The translations under genes were made by a program, and so were the position numbers. Positions 46,560 to 56,567 of a stretch of 56,567 nucleotides of DNA are shown here, in pieces. The stretch comes from Trypethelium eluteriae (lineage: Eukaryota): assembly GCA_051942245.1 (NCBI GenBank), contig JAVECL010000089.1:1-56567 (forward strand), written 5' to 3'. How positions within the stretch are numbered: the first letter of the stretch is position 1; each line of letters starts with the position of its first letter. A model generated the notes under the pieces. That model worked only from the letters and a program-made list of their open reading frames with translations, did not search any database and was not told the origin of the DNA.

Positions 46560-47771
46560 ATGGTTCAAACTCAAGGTTGTGGAAAATCCAATAGGTACCA
46601 GAAGGGCAACATTGTTAGCATCACCATCTCTCGATGGCTCAAGCATATACATGGACATGTTAGCTCTGCAGTCAATGTTGAGCTTCTTTACCAAAGCTTC
46701 CCGAAGTCGTACACCGTCTACGAGCCAATGCTATTACTCCCCCACAATGCATTCAAGAGCCCAGCGTGGCAAGAATTGATGTCTTATCTTTCGCCTGAAC
46801 ATTTTCAGACTCTATATTCGGATCTGGTGTCCAATTCCCGACTAACACATGTCGCCATAAATGCACCTATTCCCCTTCAATCTATAAATCCGAGAAGTTC
46901 GAGTTCTGAGTATAATGTCCTCCGTCTACCATCGTCTATCCAGCCTCTTCATGGTAATTTTGGTCCACCACCGTCTTCTACAGCATCACCTCCCACGCTT
47001 ATGGATTTCGAGTCAGCATTTTGGGTTTCTGTCCGCCAGAATGATATAATCCAAATTTGGGCCCCACTCCATACTATGTTCTCGCGAGGAAATATATCTG
47101 AGAAATCACGCTTATTGTCCCTACCTTCTGTCGCCGAGTCAGTGCAGCGAGGTCGAGAGAAAGGAAATGGATGTGCTGCCGTTGACCTGTACGGCGGGAT
47201 TGGCTATTTCGCGTTCAGTTATGTCAAGGCCGGAGTACGACTTTGCTTATGTTGGGAAATTAATGGGTGGAGTGTCGAGGGCTTGAGGAGGGGTGCTGTA
47301 GCCAACAAGTGGTCGACACAGGTTGTCATTCCGGAGGGCAAACAAGCAAAGATGGGAGATGAAGCTAATGAATATGACATTAAATGTGATGATTCCAGGC
47401 TGTTGGTGTTCCAGGAGTCGAATGAGTTTGCAACGAGGCGAATACAGAAGTTAAGGGAACAATTACCTCCAATCAGGCATGTGAACTGCGGCCTTTTACC
47501 GTGTTCAAAGCCAAGCTGGCAGACTGCATTAGAAGTTATGGACATCTTCGAAGGAGGCTGGCTGCATCTCCATCAGAACATCGCCGTTAAAGAAATTGTG
47601 GAAACGGCCCAGGACACCCTGGAGAAGATTCAGACGATAGCCGCTGATATGTGGAATGATGGAGGTACACCGAGAGTGCTGGAATTGCAGAATGTCGAGC
47701 AGGTCAAGACGTATGCACCTGGCGTCATGCATTGTGTTCTCGACATTTTTATTCCCCCGGCGCCTTCATAG
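46560..47771 (+). CDS. TYW2: tRNA wybutosine-synthesizing protein 2 (TYW2/TRM12)
   Basis: PKSYTVYEPMLLLP, HVAINAPIP, QN-I-Q-WAPLHTMFSRGNISEK, VDLYGGIGYFAFSY, WEIN-WSVEGLRRG, RHVNCGLLP-S, HLHQN, VKTYAPGVMHCVLD. Start codon uncertain. Confidence 0.9.
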   Translation: MVQTQGCGKSNRYQKGNIVSITISRWLKHIHGHVSSAVNVELLYQSFPKSYTVYEPMLLLPHNAFKSPAWQELMSYLSPEHFQTLYSDLVSNSRLTHVAINAPIPLQSINPRSSSSEYNVLRLPSSIQPLHGNFGPPPSSTASPPTLMDFESAFWVSVRQNDIIQIWAPLHTMFSRGNISEKSRLLSLPSVAESVQRGREKGNGCAAVDLYGGIGYFAFSYVKAGVRLCLCWEINGWSVEGLRRGAVANKWSTQVVIPEGKQAKMGDEANEYDIKCDDSRLLVFQESNEFATRRIQKLREQLPPIRHVNCGLLPCSKPSWQTALEVMDIFEGGWLHLHQNIAVKEIVETAQDTLEKIQTIAADMWNDGGTPRVLELQNVEQVKTYAPGVMHCVLDIFIPPAPS

Positions 47772-48104
47772 CTGCGGGTTTCTTGGAAAGTGGCTACAAA
47801 AACATCAAGATTGGAAGTAAGACCCATCATCTCTATCATCTTTTGCATAAGCGCCGGCAGAGTTAAGGAAGGAACTAATTAGCACAGACTTGGTTGTAGT
47901 TTGCAGCACTTCAAGAAATCTATCATTTATACATTGGATATGACGTAAAAAGTAATGTACAGAACGAAGTATGTAAAGATGATATGCCGTACCTGGTTTT
48001 CCCTTCTTGCTGCCAAATTCCAGAACGTCACCCAACCCAGTATTGACGCAGTAACGAAGAACCAACTTCTCCTAAAGCGCTTGAAAGGAAATTTCATGAA
48101 CTCG

Positions 48105-48772
48105 TCATTGGCGTCGAAACTTTGTGGGGATGTTTGCCTCCACGACGGACATTCTGTCAAGCATTTCTTGCTTGAGCTCAGCGTCTTCCATTTGATCATG
48201 TTTGCGAAAATGGGCTATGTCCTCCGGATGAACGAGATCTTCCTCTTTCGTATCTGCACCGTGGAACTTTTCGAAGTGATGTATTTCGTATTCGTATTCA
48301 TCATCACCATGGTGCCCCGGACCCAAGCCAAAATCTGGCAATGTAATACCATGAGCGTCCCCCACGGTAAACTCGGCATACGAGATGCTGCCTGACTTGT
48401 CCTTGTCAAATAGATCCAATACCGTACGAACAACCTCTTCTTTCTTCGATTCCGGCACGTCCTTTGTGCTTTCATCCTTCAATCCGTAAGTGCGTCGAAT
48501 ATCGTCAGGAGTCCATGAACCTGAATTGTCGTAGTCGTGGAGATTGAAGAATGAACCGGCGTCGAAACCATTTAAATGGTGTTCTTCTGATCAGGACTTA
48601 GCCATGGAAGACGTAGATGGGATATAGGTTCTGACTGACCAGCCATATGCCTTTCGGCCCAAGAGGCATCTGCAGATATAGGTATTTGGTCGTGCTCGCC
48701 GCCGTGAGCTGCGACTAAGGTATTGATCCCTAGCTGTGCGACCGGAAGGACCGCAGTTTTGATATACCGCAT
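48105..48772 (-). CDS. SSP120: Secretory-pathway EF-hand protein Ssp120; intron 48587-48639
   Basis: Signal peptide, WAERHMAEEHH, EF-hands DYDNSGSW and DKDKSGSISYAEF, LPDFGLGPGHHGDDEYEYEIHH-EK-H, HPEDIAHF-KH, NIP-KF. Confidence 0.93.
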
Positions 48773-49949
48773 CGCGACACAAAGTCCGAGAGAGAACCGA
48801 CTCGATGTTGACAGGTATTGATCTTTCCGAGGACGTTCAATGGCAGCAAAAGACAAGGGTTTGCATCACTCAGGTAGCGATGACCTCAACCCCGGAAGAA
48901 GGAACCGCAAGCAATGGTCCGGTGGTAGACACGGCGAGTCAAAACATTGGCAGACTTCTTGTGGTCTTTGGTCTTGCCTTCGGTCCACTTCCAAGGATAC
49001 CTTATCTACCATATCATCGAAAACTTTGCCACTACGGCCCCCTCGATCGCACATCAAGAGGCTCGGCACTTGCATTAGTTCCGGTGTTCTTGACATTAGC
49101 TGACGAGTATCTCCCGTGCGTGAAAAAGCTGTCGTGGCCATGAGCTTAAGAGAGGCACCCACATGGCACCGCATACTCTACGTGGGAACCTGGGGTACTT
49201 GGTATCTTATATACAGTAAGTCGAGAACGAATTTCTAGCGCCATAAAGCGGCGAAAACTTTTCCGAAGAAGATCGAAAGCGCATGAGCTGAGATTTTGCC
49301 GACAGTCGTCGACGCAGGCTGAGCCACATACAATCATGGCAATAGCTTATTGCATGCGCTCATGGTGTCTCTACACCACTGAAGAGTTACAATGCCGTCA
49401 ACGTCGTCCTAGACACTTCCTAACTATCTTATTGGCCGTCAACATTTAGAATCTGTAGATTCGAGTAGGCGGAGACCCAAAGCTTGACCGTATCTTGAGC
49501 AGGCTGCCAGAAGGTGGGTACAGAACACTTGCCTTCTACAGGCTAGTAGAACCAAGCTATTCAATATTCTGCTGTGATATATACTGATGCCTTGCTTGGT
49601 CTGCCGGCATGTTTTCGAGGCTACACATTCCTTACTGATTTTCGTGTCATCTATTCACCGCTTTCTCTACCTCTATTAGGTATCGGCGTTGACCTTGCAC
49701 ATTCGTCACGACTTACTATGATATCGATATCCCATTGCGTTAGCTGTTTTGCCAGGGCCAACGATTTAAAAAAATATGGGCATGATCCTTGGATTGATTC
49801 ACATCTCGTTTGAAGTCTAGCAAATGATCATCCAGAAAATAGAAATTTGACATTGGAAAGTAGAGTAAAAATCCTAGGCGCATCCCCGCAGTTCTCAAAA
49901 CATCCTTTGTTTCTTATCTGAAGATCTATCAGATCTTACTGACCTTCCT

Positions 49950-50750
49950 TTAGTGGGGTTATATCGATTGCCTGGAATCTCATGACCCTGGCATTCGTGC
50001 TCGTCACTTCGAGGTGCGCGGAGACTGACTGTAGGAGTCTCCGATGTCTTCCTCGCGGCTTCCTGATATGCCGGAACAGTCGACCTAAGCATCAATACCT
50101 GGAAAACTTCTGGCCGAATTAGATTTCTCTCGTGGCCACAGTCTAAACTCTATTGCATGGTTCCGTACGATCGATCAGCGCATCTGCTAAGAGTCTCGTG
50201 GATTTCCCTCCACTTTATCTATATTGGCTTGTGGCTAAGCAAAACGGCGTTCATAGTCTTTTACTACGAGACCTTTTACACCCATGGAAGCCACACCATA
50301 GGCTGGGCCTTGCACGCCATTAGCGTATTTGCAAGATTGACCTTTGTCTTGCGGATGTCGCTGTTGACGTTCTGGTGCAACCCGGTCTTAAGCAACTGGA
50401 ACGTAGATGCGGAGCTTCGTTCTTGCTGTCCGTAGCATTGCATCCGTGGCACTATCTACGTTCGCTAATACAAGCACTGACCTGCTCATTGTGAGCATTC
50501 CTATCTCGGCGATCGCCTGTCCACGATTATGGAAGATCGAAATGGTTGGCATATCTTTTGTCTTGCATATGGGTAGCATCTGATCGTTGCAGCAGTTGTT
50601 CGATTCATAATTCTCGGACTCGAAGAACTTGTGGCCCGAACTAGCATCACACCTACAATCGACGTCTGTGCTACTGTTGAGATTGTGACGAGCCTCGTTG
50701 CTGTCTGCTCGCCGTCTTTACGAACCTTTGTAAGGCAACGCCGGCCGTAA
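49950..50750 (+). pseudogene. PTH11-like (fungal rhodopsin-domain) 7-TM protein pseudogene
   Basis: Fragments IAWNLMTLAFVLV-SR, SDVFLAAS*, LWLSK-AFIVFY, WCNPV--NW, N-STDLLIVSIPI, IVAAVVRF and EIVTSLVAVCSPSLR, separated by about three frameshifts and stops. Confidence 0.75.
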
Positions 50751-51183
50751 GGTCCACAAGGAAGACCTTCAGGAGATCCTTGCGGACAAAAGTTGCACCT
50801 GGAGCGTTCTCCCATTTCTAGCAGAAGTGTCTCAGTTTTGGCTTTGCCGGCTTTAATGGCTAAACATATGCAAGGCAGTAAGGACTTTCTGGAACTTCCG
50901 GAGAAGACGTGCTTGCAAGTAGTTCATCTCACATGACAGTTCGTAAAGCAGTATTTGGATGTTCACAATCTCTTTCGCACTTTTGCAAAAGGCGAACGTT
51001 CCTATATGGCGGCGATGGTCCGCACTTTTGATATGTTGAACTGGAGGCGGTTTCAGTCATATTCTAAGACCAACAATTCGAAGCGGGCTCTAATGTAGAT
51101 GATATGTCTCAGCTGCGAATACCAATCGAGAAGAGCTTAGTGCGCATCAATATCTATACTGTACAGCTCTATCATACAAGAGT

Positions 51184-52506
51184 CTATTTAGGTCGTAGTA
51201 CGACGAATATTATGCCCATGGAGGCAAAGCCTACGGCAACACCTTGTAAGGCAACATAAGTAACGTCAATTTTTCGGAGCGAGATCAAACGCTCACTGAA
51301 AATGTCCTGCATGTACTCTTTGAAGAACGTGAATCGAGAAGGTGATCCATGAGTGATGGGCGTTGACGTCTCCATCGTGGTTGAATCTTTCTGACCAACA
51401 GCACCTACCTCTTCCGCTTCTAACCCCACAGGAATTGCACCTTCCACTCCAACATCCATAAGTGCTACTTGAGCATCTGTTGCTTTGTTCTCATGTTCCA
51501 GGTCCTCGAGAGCAACGCCCTTTGGCTCTGTTACCTCGTCAATCTCCTTTTCAGTATCCCCACTGACCCCGTCCACCGTTGTTGAGACCCCGGCGGTCTT
51601 TTCCTCCAGTGTCTTCTTGAATTCCCGCACCAATTTTCGTCGTCTCCATGGCTCTACTCCGACAATATTTACAAGCAGCAAAACTATATTGAATCCCATC
51701 AGCCCTATCGTTATCCAGGTACTGTTCCGTCGTATTGTATCGCTCCAAATCTGCTCTTCGTGATATTGCTGCCTTTCCATCTTTTCTAGCTGTCTTCTAC
51801 CTTGCTCCAACTCCCTTTCTTTCTCGCGAAGTGTGGCCAAAGATGTAGCTACTTCCTGCTCATTTACGTGCTCGGAGCGTATTAATGCCATGTATCTTTC
51901 CAAATCTGTCGCGCTCCATGATGCCTTCCTCTCTAGTAGTCCGACTACTTCCTTTTGAGAAGAGACTTGTTGAGAATGTGCAGCATCGTACGCTGTTTTT
52001 GCAGAGGCCACAGCTTCATGTAAAGTACGAACGGAGGACTCTTGTGCACTGATCGCATTTCGGAGAGTGGTAATGGGGGTGTAGTCTGTACCAGTGTATG
52101 TGTTGACTCGATGAGAAACAAGACTCAGTGACGTTAGGAATGAGTCTGTAATGATCGAAAGGCGCTTTGATATTGCTGTACGTCGACGTTCCCGGTTCGA
52201 AGGAAGGTTTGGTTCAGAGATGGGAAGTTCATCGTCTCGTATTCGTTCGGATCTAGCTTTTGGATCTTGGCGCCTGAAGTTTGTAGAAGTGATGTTACGG
52301 ACTAGCACCTGTCCCTGAACGCCAAATCTTGGGACCGTGCCTTTAATCGATCTATGAGAAAAGGCGCGCAATTGACATCGAAGGCATATTGAATTGAGGG
52401 AAGTCTTCCGGTAGGGTGCGGTAGACACAGAACGTTGGAAAGATTGTTGAAGGAGATAGGATTCGAAAGACTTGCAGCGATATCCCTTAGCTAGCAAGGA
52501 TTTCAT
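51184..52506 (-). CDS. SHE9: Mitochondrial inner membrane protein She9/Mdm33
   Basis: Presequence, N-YTG-DY--I--L, SQKEV--LLERK-SWS--DLERYM-L-RSEH-NE, YHEEQIWSDTIRRNSTW-T-GLMG-N, VEPWRRRKLV, C-terminal TM. Confidence 0.95.
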   Translation of the reverse strand: MKSLLAKGYRCKSFESYLLQQSFQRSVSTAPYRKTSLNSICLRCQLRAFSHRSIKGTVPRFGVQGQVLVRNITSTNFRRQDPKARSERIRDDELPISEPNLPSNRERRRTAISKRLSIITDSFLTSLSLVSHRVNTYTGTDYTPITTLRNAISAQESSVRTLHEAVASAKTAYDAAHSQQVSSQKEVVGLLERKASWSATDLERYMALIRSEHVNEQEVATSLATLREKERELEQGRRQLEKMERQQYHEEQIWSDTIRRNSTWITIGLMGFNIVLLLVNIVGVEPWRRRKLVREFKKTLEEKTAGVSTTVDGVSGDTEKEIDEVTEPKGVALEDLEHENKATDAQVALMDVGVEGAIPVGLEAEEVGAVGQKDSTTMETSTPITHGSPSRFTFFKEYMQDIFSERLISLRKIDVTYVALQGVAVGFASMGIIFVVLRPK

Positions 52507-52838
52507 TCTGCGTCAATATGAGGTTATCGTTAGATTCCGATACCATAGGTGACCTGGTAGAACGAAAGCCCGTTCTTTTTTTTTTTGGTCTTCGTTTCTC
52601 TTCTGGAGGAATGACCCCAAAGGCGGGTCCCGGGGTTGCGTGCGGCGGCGTCAGCTAAGTTGACCAGGCCAGGATCATCGCAACTGTCCCGCCAAAAAAG
52701 TTGACAGACATGAACACCCCACTAATAATTCTCGAATCTACCTTCGCAATTTTTTTGATCTGAGCGCGAATTGTTTTCAATCCGCATTCTTCTCCCCTTC
52801 ACGCAGTCGCTTTATCGTATCACACTAATAGCGGCAAT

Positions 52839-53967
52839 ATGAGTGCATCAGAGCTTCCTGCGATGCAGACAAACCCAAGTTACATTTTCTTCACGGACTT
52901 CGATGGGACAATCACTCTACGGGATAGTGAGCTAGTACAATGGTATTCACTATGGCGAGCTGCTGCTAAAGCTTGTCAGGCAATGATTTCATGGTATGCT
53001 AGCCTGAGTCCTGACGCCAATCATGCTCTGATAATCCTAGACGGATAATATTGGCTACGGATATGAGAAGCGGCGACAAGGTAATATTGACACGCTCGAG
53101 GGAAAGATTAGTTTTCGGTACGCATATACTCTGTGACATCAATAAAGGCCAGGATCAAGCTGATTCATGATCCAGTGATTCCTTCAAAGACATGATGGAG
53201 AGCGTCACGAAGCCGTACGATCAGTGCATCCAATATCTCGTCGAAAACATCAAACTCGATCCATACTTCAATGATTACTTCCAATGGTCTCTAAAGAACA
53301 ATATTCCGACCGTTGTCCTTTCCTCAGGCATGGAACCTATCATCCGTGCCCTGCTCAAGAACCTTGTTGGTCCTGACCATGATAAGATTGATATTGTGAG
53401 CAACAATGTGAAGGCAAGACAGGGCAAGAGCATCAATGAGGAGCATGGTTGGGAGCTTGAATTTCACGACGATAGGTAGGGTGTTTCTGTTTTAATGAAA
53501 CCGTTGACTTACGCACGTCCAAGTCACTTTGGCCATGACAAGTCCCTGACCATTCGACCTTACGCTCAGCTGCCCGCGAACACCCGCCCGATCCTGTTTT
53601 ACGCTGGCGACGGGGTTTCGGACCTTTCAGCAGCCAAGGAGACAGACTTACTCTTTGCGAAGAAAGGCCATGGTACGCACTCAACATACAGGCTTATGAT
53701 CGTACAATTCTTACCTTGAGTATAGACCTCATCGAATACTGTGTAAAGGAAGACATTCCATTCACCGTGTTTGAAGATTGGAGCTCCATTAAATCCAAGA
53801 TTCAGGAGATTGTGTAAGTCTGATGCATTTGATCCTACACCGAATTTGGCTTATGCATTTCTTTTCTCGACAGTGCCGGTACAACTCGGGTCGAAGATGC
53901 TGCTAAAGAGGGCTATCAACAATACAAGGCTGGAAAGGCTGGCATTGATGTCAATCGCAACGCATGA
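52839..53967 (+). CDS. HAD-superfamily phosphatase (MtnX-like; yeast YNL010W/PYP1 type); 6 introns including a 14-nt exon (52980-52993)
   Basis: FTDFDGTIT--DSND, LDPYF, VVLSSGM, HFGHDKS, YAGDGVSDLSAA-ETDLLFAK. All introns are GT-AG and restore the frame. Confidence 0.88.
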
Positions 53968-54714
53968 CCTGGGATATGAACGAGGACACACCCACCTCTC
54001 GGGTTTGACAATGGTGATGATTCTCTTAAATCTCATATGTTCCCAGTCAAACCCTGGACTCCAAAAACTTCTTGGGGCTTTCCTGGTCCCTTTTAACTCT
54101 GATATTCATAGAGGAGTTGATATAGATATTCAGGCAGGTCCTTTTGAGTAGAGAAGCCTTTCGATTCAACGTCGCATTCTGGCACGGTTGACATGACGTT
54201 TAAGTACAAGATGTTCGAGATACTGATAGTCTGGCCCCACGACTTGCAATTCCATCTCTAAAGTTGAAAGCCAATGGAGATGGCCGTCTCTTTCGCAGGT
54301 GGCCCCCAGTTTACTCAGAATAGAAGCAGGAGTTTCATTATTTGCAAACAGAAAATCCTTCTTGAAGCCATTATCTTCTGTCGGCTCCTTTCTTATTTTT
54401 TCAATCTTCAATCAGAGCCAATTCTGGAAGATTTTGGGCGGGTACGCTTACAAGCCTGTAAGGATTATGAATATCGGCCGCTCTCGGAGGTCCCTTGCCT
54501 TTAAACTCTGAAATTTAGCGAGGACCGGGCATGCAGGGGAAACTGCCAGTTACGAAAGGCCGAGGTGTGGCGGGCGCAGCGGGGTCAAGTCTCGGGGAAC
54601 CTCATTCAGTGCCATTTATCAGAATAGGGTCATACTTTGTCTGCTTGTGAGTTTGCTGATATCCTTTCTGCGACGCTTTTGCCTTTGTGTAACGGCGTCA
54701 ATAGCTTGATGAGC

Positions 54715-55907
54715 ATGGCTCACTTTGAGTTCCCACATTCTACCTCTCGCCGGGCAGTCTTGCCATCAGATCCCGTTCCACGCGCCAATGTTGAGCATGT
54801 CCTTGACCATGGATACGTAATCATTCAAGATGCCTTCACGAAGAACGAGGCGGAAGAGGCGAAAGCGGAAATTCGGAGGCTTAGCGAGGGCTCTGCAGCT
54901 CTGAAAGGTCGCAACCCTTTTGAAGGTCTTGATACTACTCGAATTTACTCATTGCTTAACAAGTATACTCGACTCCGTCTTGTGGCTTCGCCACACGAGC
55001 GTAAGATGCTGATATAGTAGGACCCGTGTATTCGACAAGTTCTGTCTACTTCCACAGGTACTAGCATTAAACGACTTCTTCCTGGATCCAGGTTACATGA
55101 TCTCCGTTCTTCATTCCATCCAGATCAATCCGGGTGAAAAGGCACAGGCGCTTCATCATGGTTCGTTCTTCATTTCAGTGCCTGTCAGTCTTTCTCAGTA
55201 AATTCAGATGATGGATATTGCGGGCTTCGCAGACCTCGTCCTCCTTTGAGCTCTGGTATCATATTCGGTAAGACCAGTAATCCCTTGGAAAAGGGACCAT
55301 TCTGAAAACCTTTGGAGCATTCGATGATTTCACAGAGAAAAACGGTGCCACTCGTGTCATTCCTGGAAGTCACAAATGGGATTCGGATAGACTGCCAAAA
55401 GACGAAATAGCTACGCCGATGGTTTGTCCTGCTGGTAGTGTTGTGTGAGTCTTTGTCGGTGGTTGTGTATCGTGGATCCTTCTTATGTTCACAGGTATCT
55501 ATCAGGCACAGTCTGGCACTCTGGCGGGGCCAATCATAGTCATCGTCCACGTCTGAGTGGCACAGTCCAGTATTGCCAGCCATGGGTTCGTTGACAACCC
55601 ACAGCTTAGGAACTGTCTGACGACTGATTTGAAGATCCGTCCTATCGAGACCCAGCTTCTTTCCGTTGACCCTCGACGTCTGCCGGAAATTCCAGAACGC
55701 ATTGTGTCTATGATGGGTTATAGTACTCACGCGCCATTTATAGGCTATGGTACTATCACATATCACATCTTCCACTATTAAGCTGACAGTTAAATAGTTG
55801 ATGGATTGAGCCCGATCAAAGCAAGTCAAAGAATGGTGAGATGGTTGCAGTCGCCACTCAATCCGCATCCCCCAGCTTTTGCGACCCAAAGCAGCAGTAA
55901 GCTTTGA
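54715..55907 (+). CDS. Phytanoyl-CoA dioxygenase (PhyH)-family Fe/2OG dioxygenase with C-terminal PTS1 (SKL); 6 introns
   Basis: GYVII--A, GRNPFEG--T-RIYSL, IQINPGEKAQ-LHHDD (HxD), DDFT--NGATRVIPGSH, WHSGGAN, QYCQPWIRPIE. Introns 54963-55020, 55161-55207, 55268-55317, 55445-55494, 55586-55634, 55750-55798. Ends SSSKL*. Confidence 0.88.
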
Positions 55908-56567
55908 GCAGTCTGGGTGTGATGCATAATATGGGTTCTATGCGAGTCGCCATGGAATGGCTTTCACGTGTGAGCCATTTGTTCGTATACAGGCCGTACT
56001 TCGTCGGTGGCAGCAAGATAGAACGAAGCAATATGATATGGCAGAGTTCATAGGCCATTGATATTTAAGATATGAAAACTATGGAGATAGCCGAAAAATT
56101 CGATGGGAGTCTCTCGGCTGGCATGGAGCGAAGAAAACACCAAGCACTTTATTGGTAGCTTCTTATTTATTTCCAAGTTATTGACGTCGAAATAAAAGAG
56201 TAACAAAGGTCTGGTCTCTGTGTGTGAAGTGTCAATAAATATACCGTTTTGGTCCAGGCCAGTTCAAGCTAAGATAGGAAAGCAAAAAAAGAAAAGCGCT
56301 GACCAGAAGATACTGTGGCTTATTCGGCAAGCTGATAAAAGCTTTCCGCACCACCTGCACAGGCTGTTACGACCCGGCTGCATCAGGCTGAACCGCACCT
56401 CCTTTGTACCTGCCATATCGTTCCATATTGATTGATTGATTGATTATGTCCTACACCCAGTCAGGCCTAGCGCAGGCCCATGTGGGGAACTAGCTGACTA
56501 ATATACAGTGTGAGAATGCCCTCGATATTATAAGCTCCTGTACAAGCTGAACCTTCCCTCTATCTAA

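Noticed and set aside
54020..54510. Minus-strand 81-aa ORF and neighbouring fragments between the HAD and PhyH genes
   Set aside because: No identifiable homology or splice structure.
56427..56445. (ATTG)4-5 microsatellite and a TATA-like element near the window end
   Set aside because: A trivial repeat; any downstream gene lies outside the window.
1..56567. Transposons, Starship captain, CRISPR arrays, rRNA, and stop-codon readthrough PTS1 extensions
   Set aside because: No transposase, RT or tyrosine-recombinase motifs, terminal repeats or spacer arrays were seen. Readthrough of the ADH1 and HAD stops gives no SKL-like end.

Overview
Eukaryotic, intron-containing DNA from a filamentous ascomycete (Pezizomycotina; short GT-AG introns with CTRAY-type branch points). 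About 21 intact protein-coding genes can be reconstructed by hand: ATP25, an HRK1/Oca2-type kinase, a CE5 acetyl xylan esterase, a tannase/feruloyl esterase, a SAM methyltransferase, a SOA1/AstA-like MFS transporter, an S10 carboxypeptidase, ESF2, ADH1, a GNAT, TMA46, OST4 (52 aa, missing from the ORF track), a 1299-aa AT-hook/C2H2 protein, RPL26, an SDR, a PIR wall protein, a conserved hypothetical protein, TYW2, SSP120, SHE9, a PYP1-like HAD phosphatase and a peroxisomal PhyH dioxygenase. There is also one intron-containing tRNA-Pro(AGG). The ~17 kb between the kinase and ESF2 looks accessory. It holds secreted hydrolases and decayed genes: an NLR NB-ARC relic, a possible P450 relic, and back-to-back 5'-truncated MFS and transcription-factor relics. 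A PTH11-like pseudogene lies near 50 kb. I found no transposon, CRISPR array, riboswitch or clearly novel multi-gene system. The best leads are an internal duplication or chimera junction in the tannase gene, the TF/MFS deletion scar, a putative sulfur-regulated divergent gene pair, and paired disulfide loss in the CE5 esterase. All homology calls come from recalled family motifs, not from searches.
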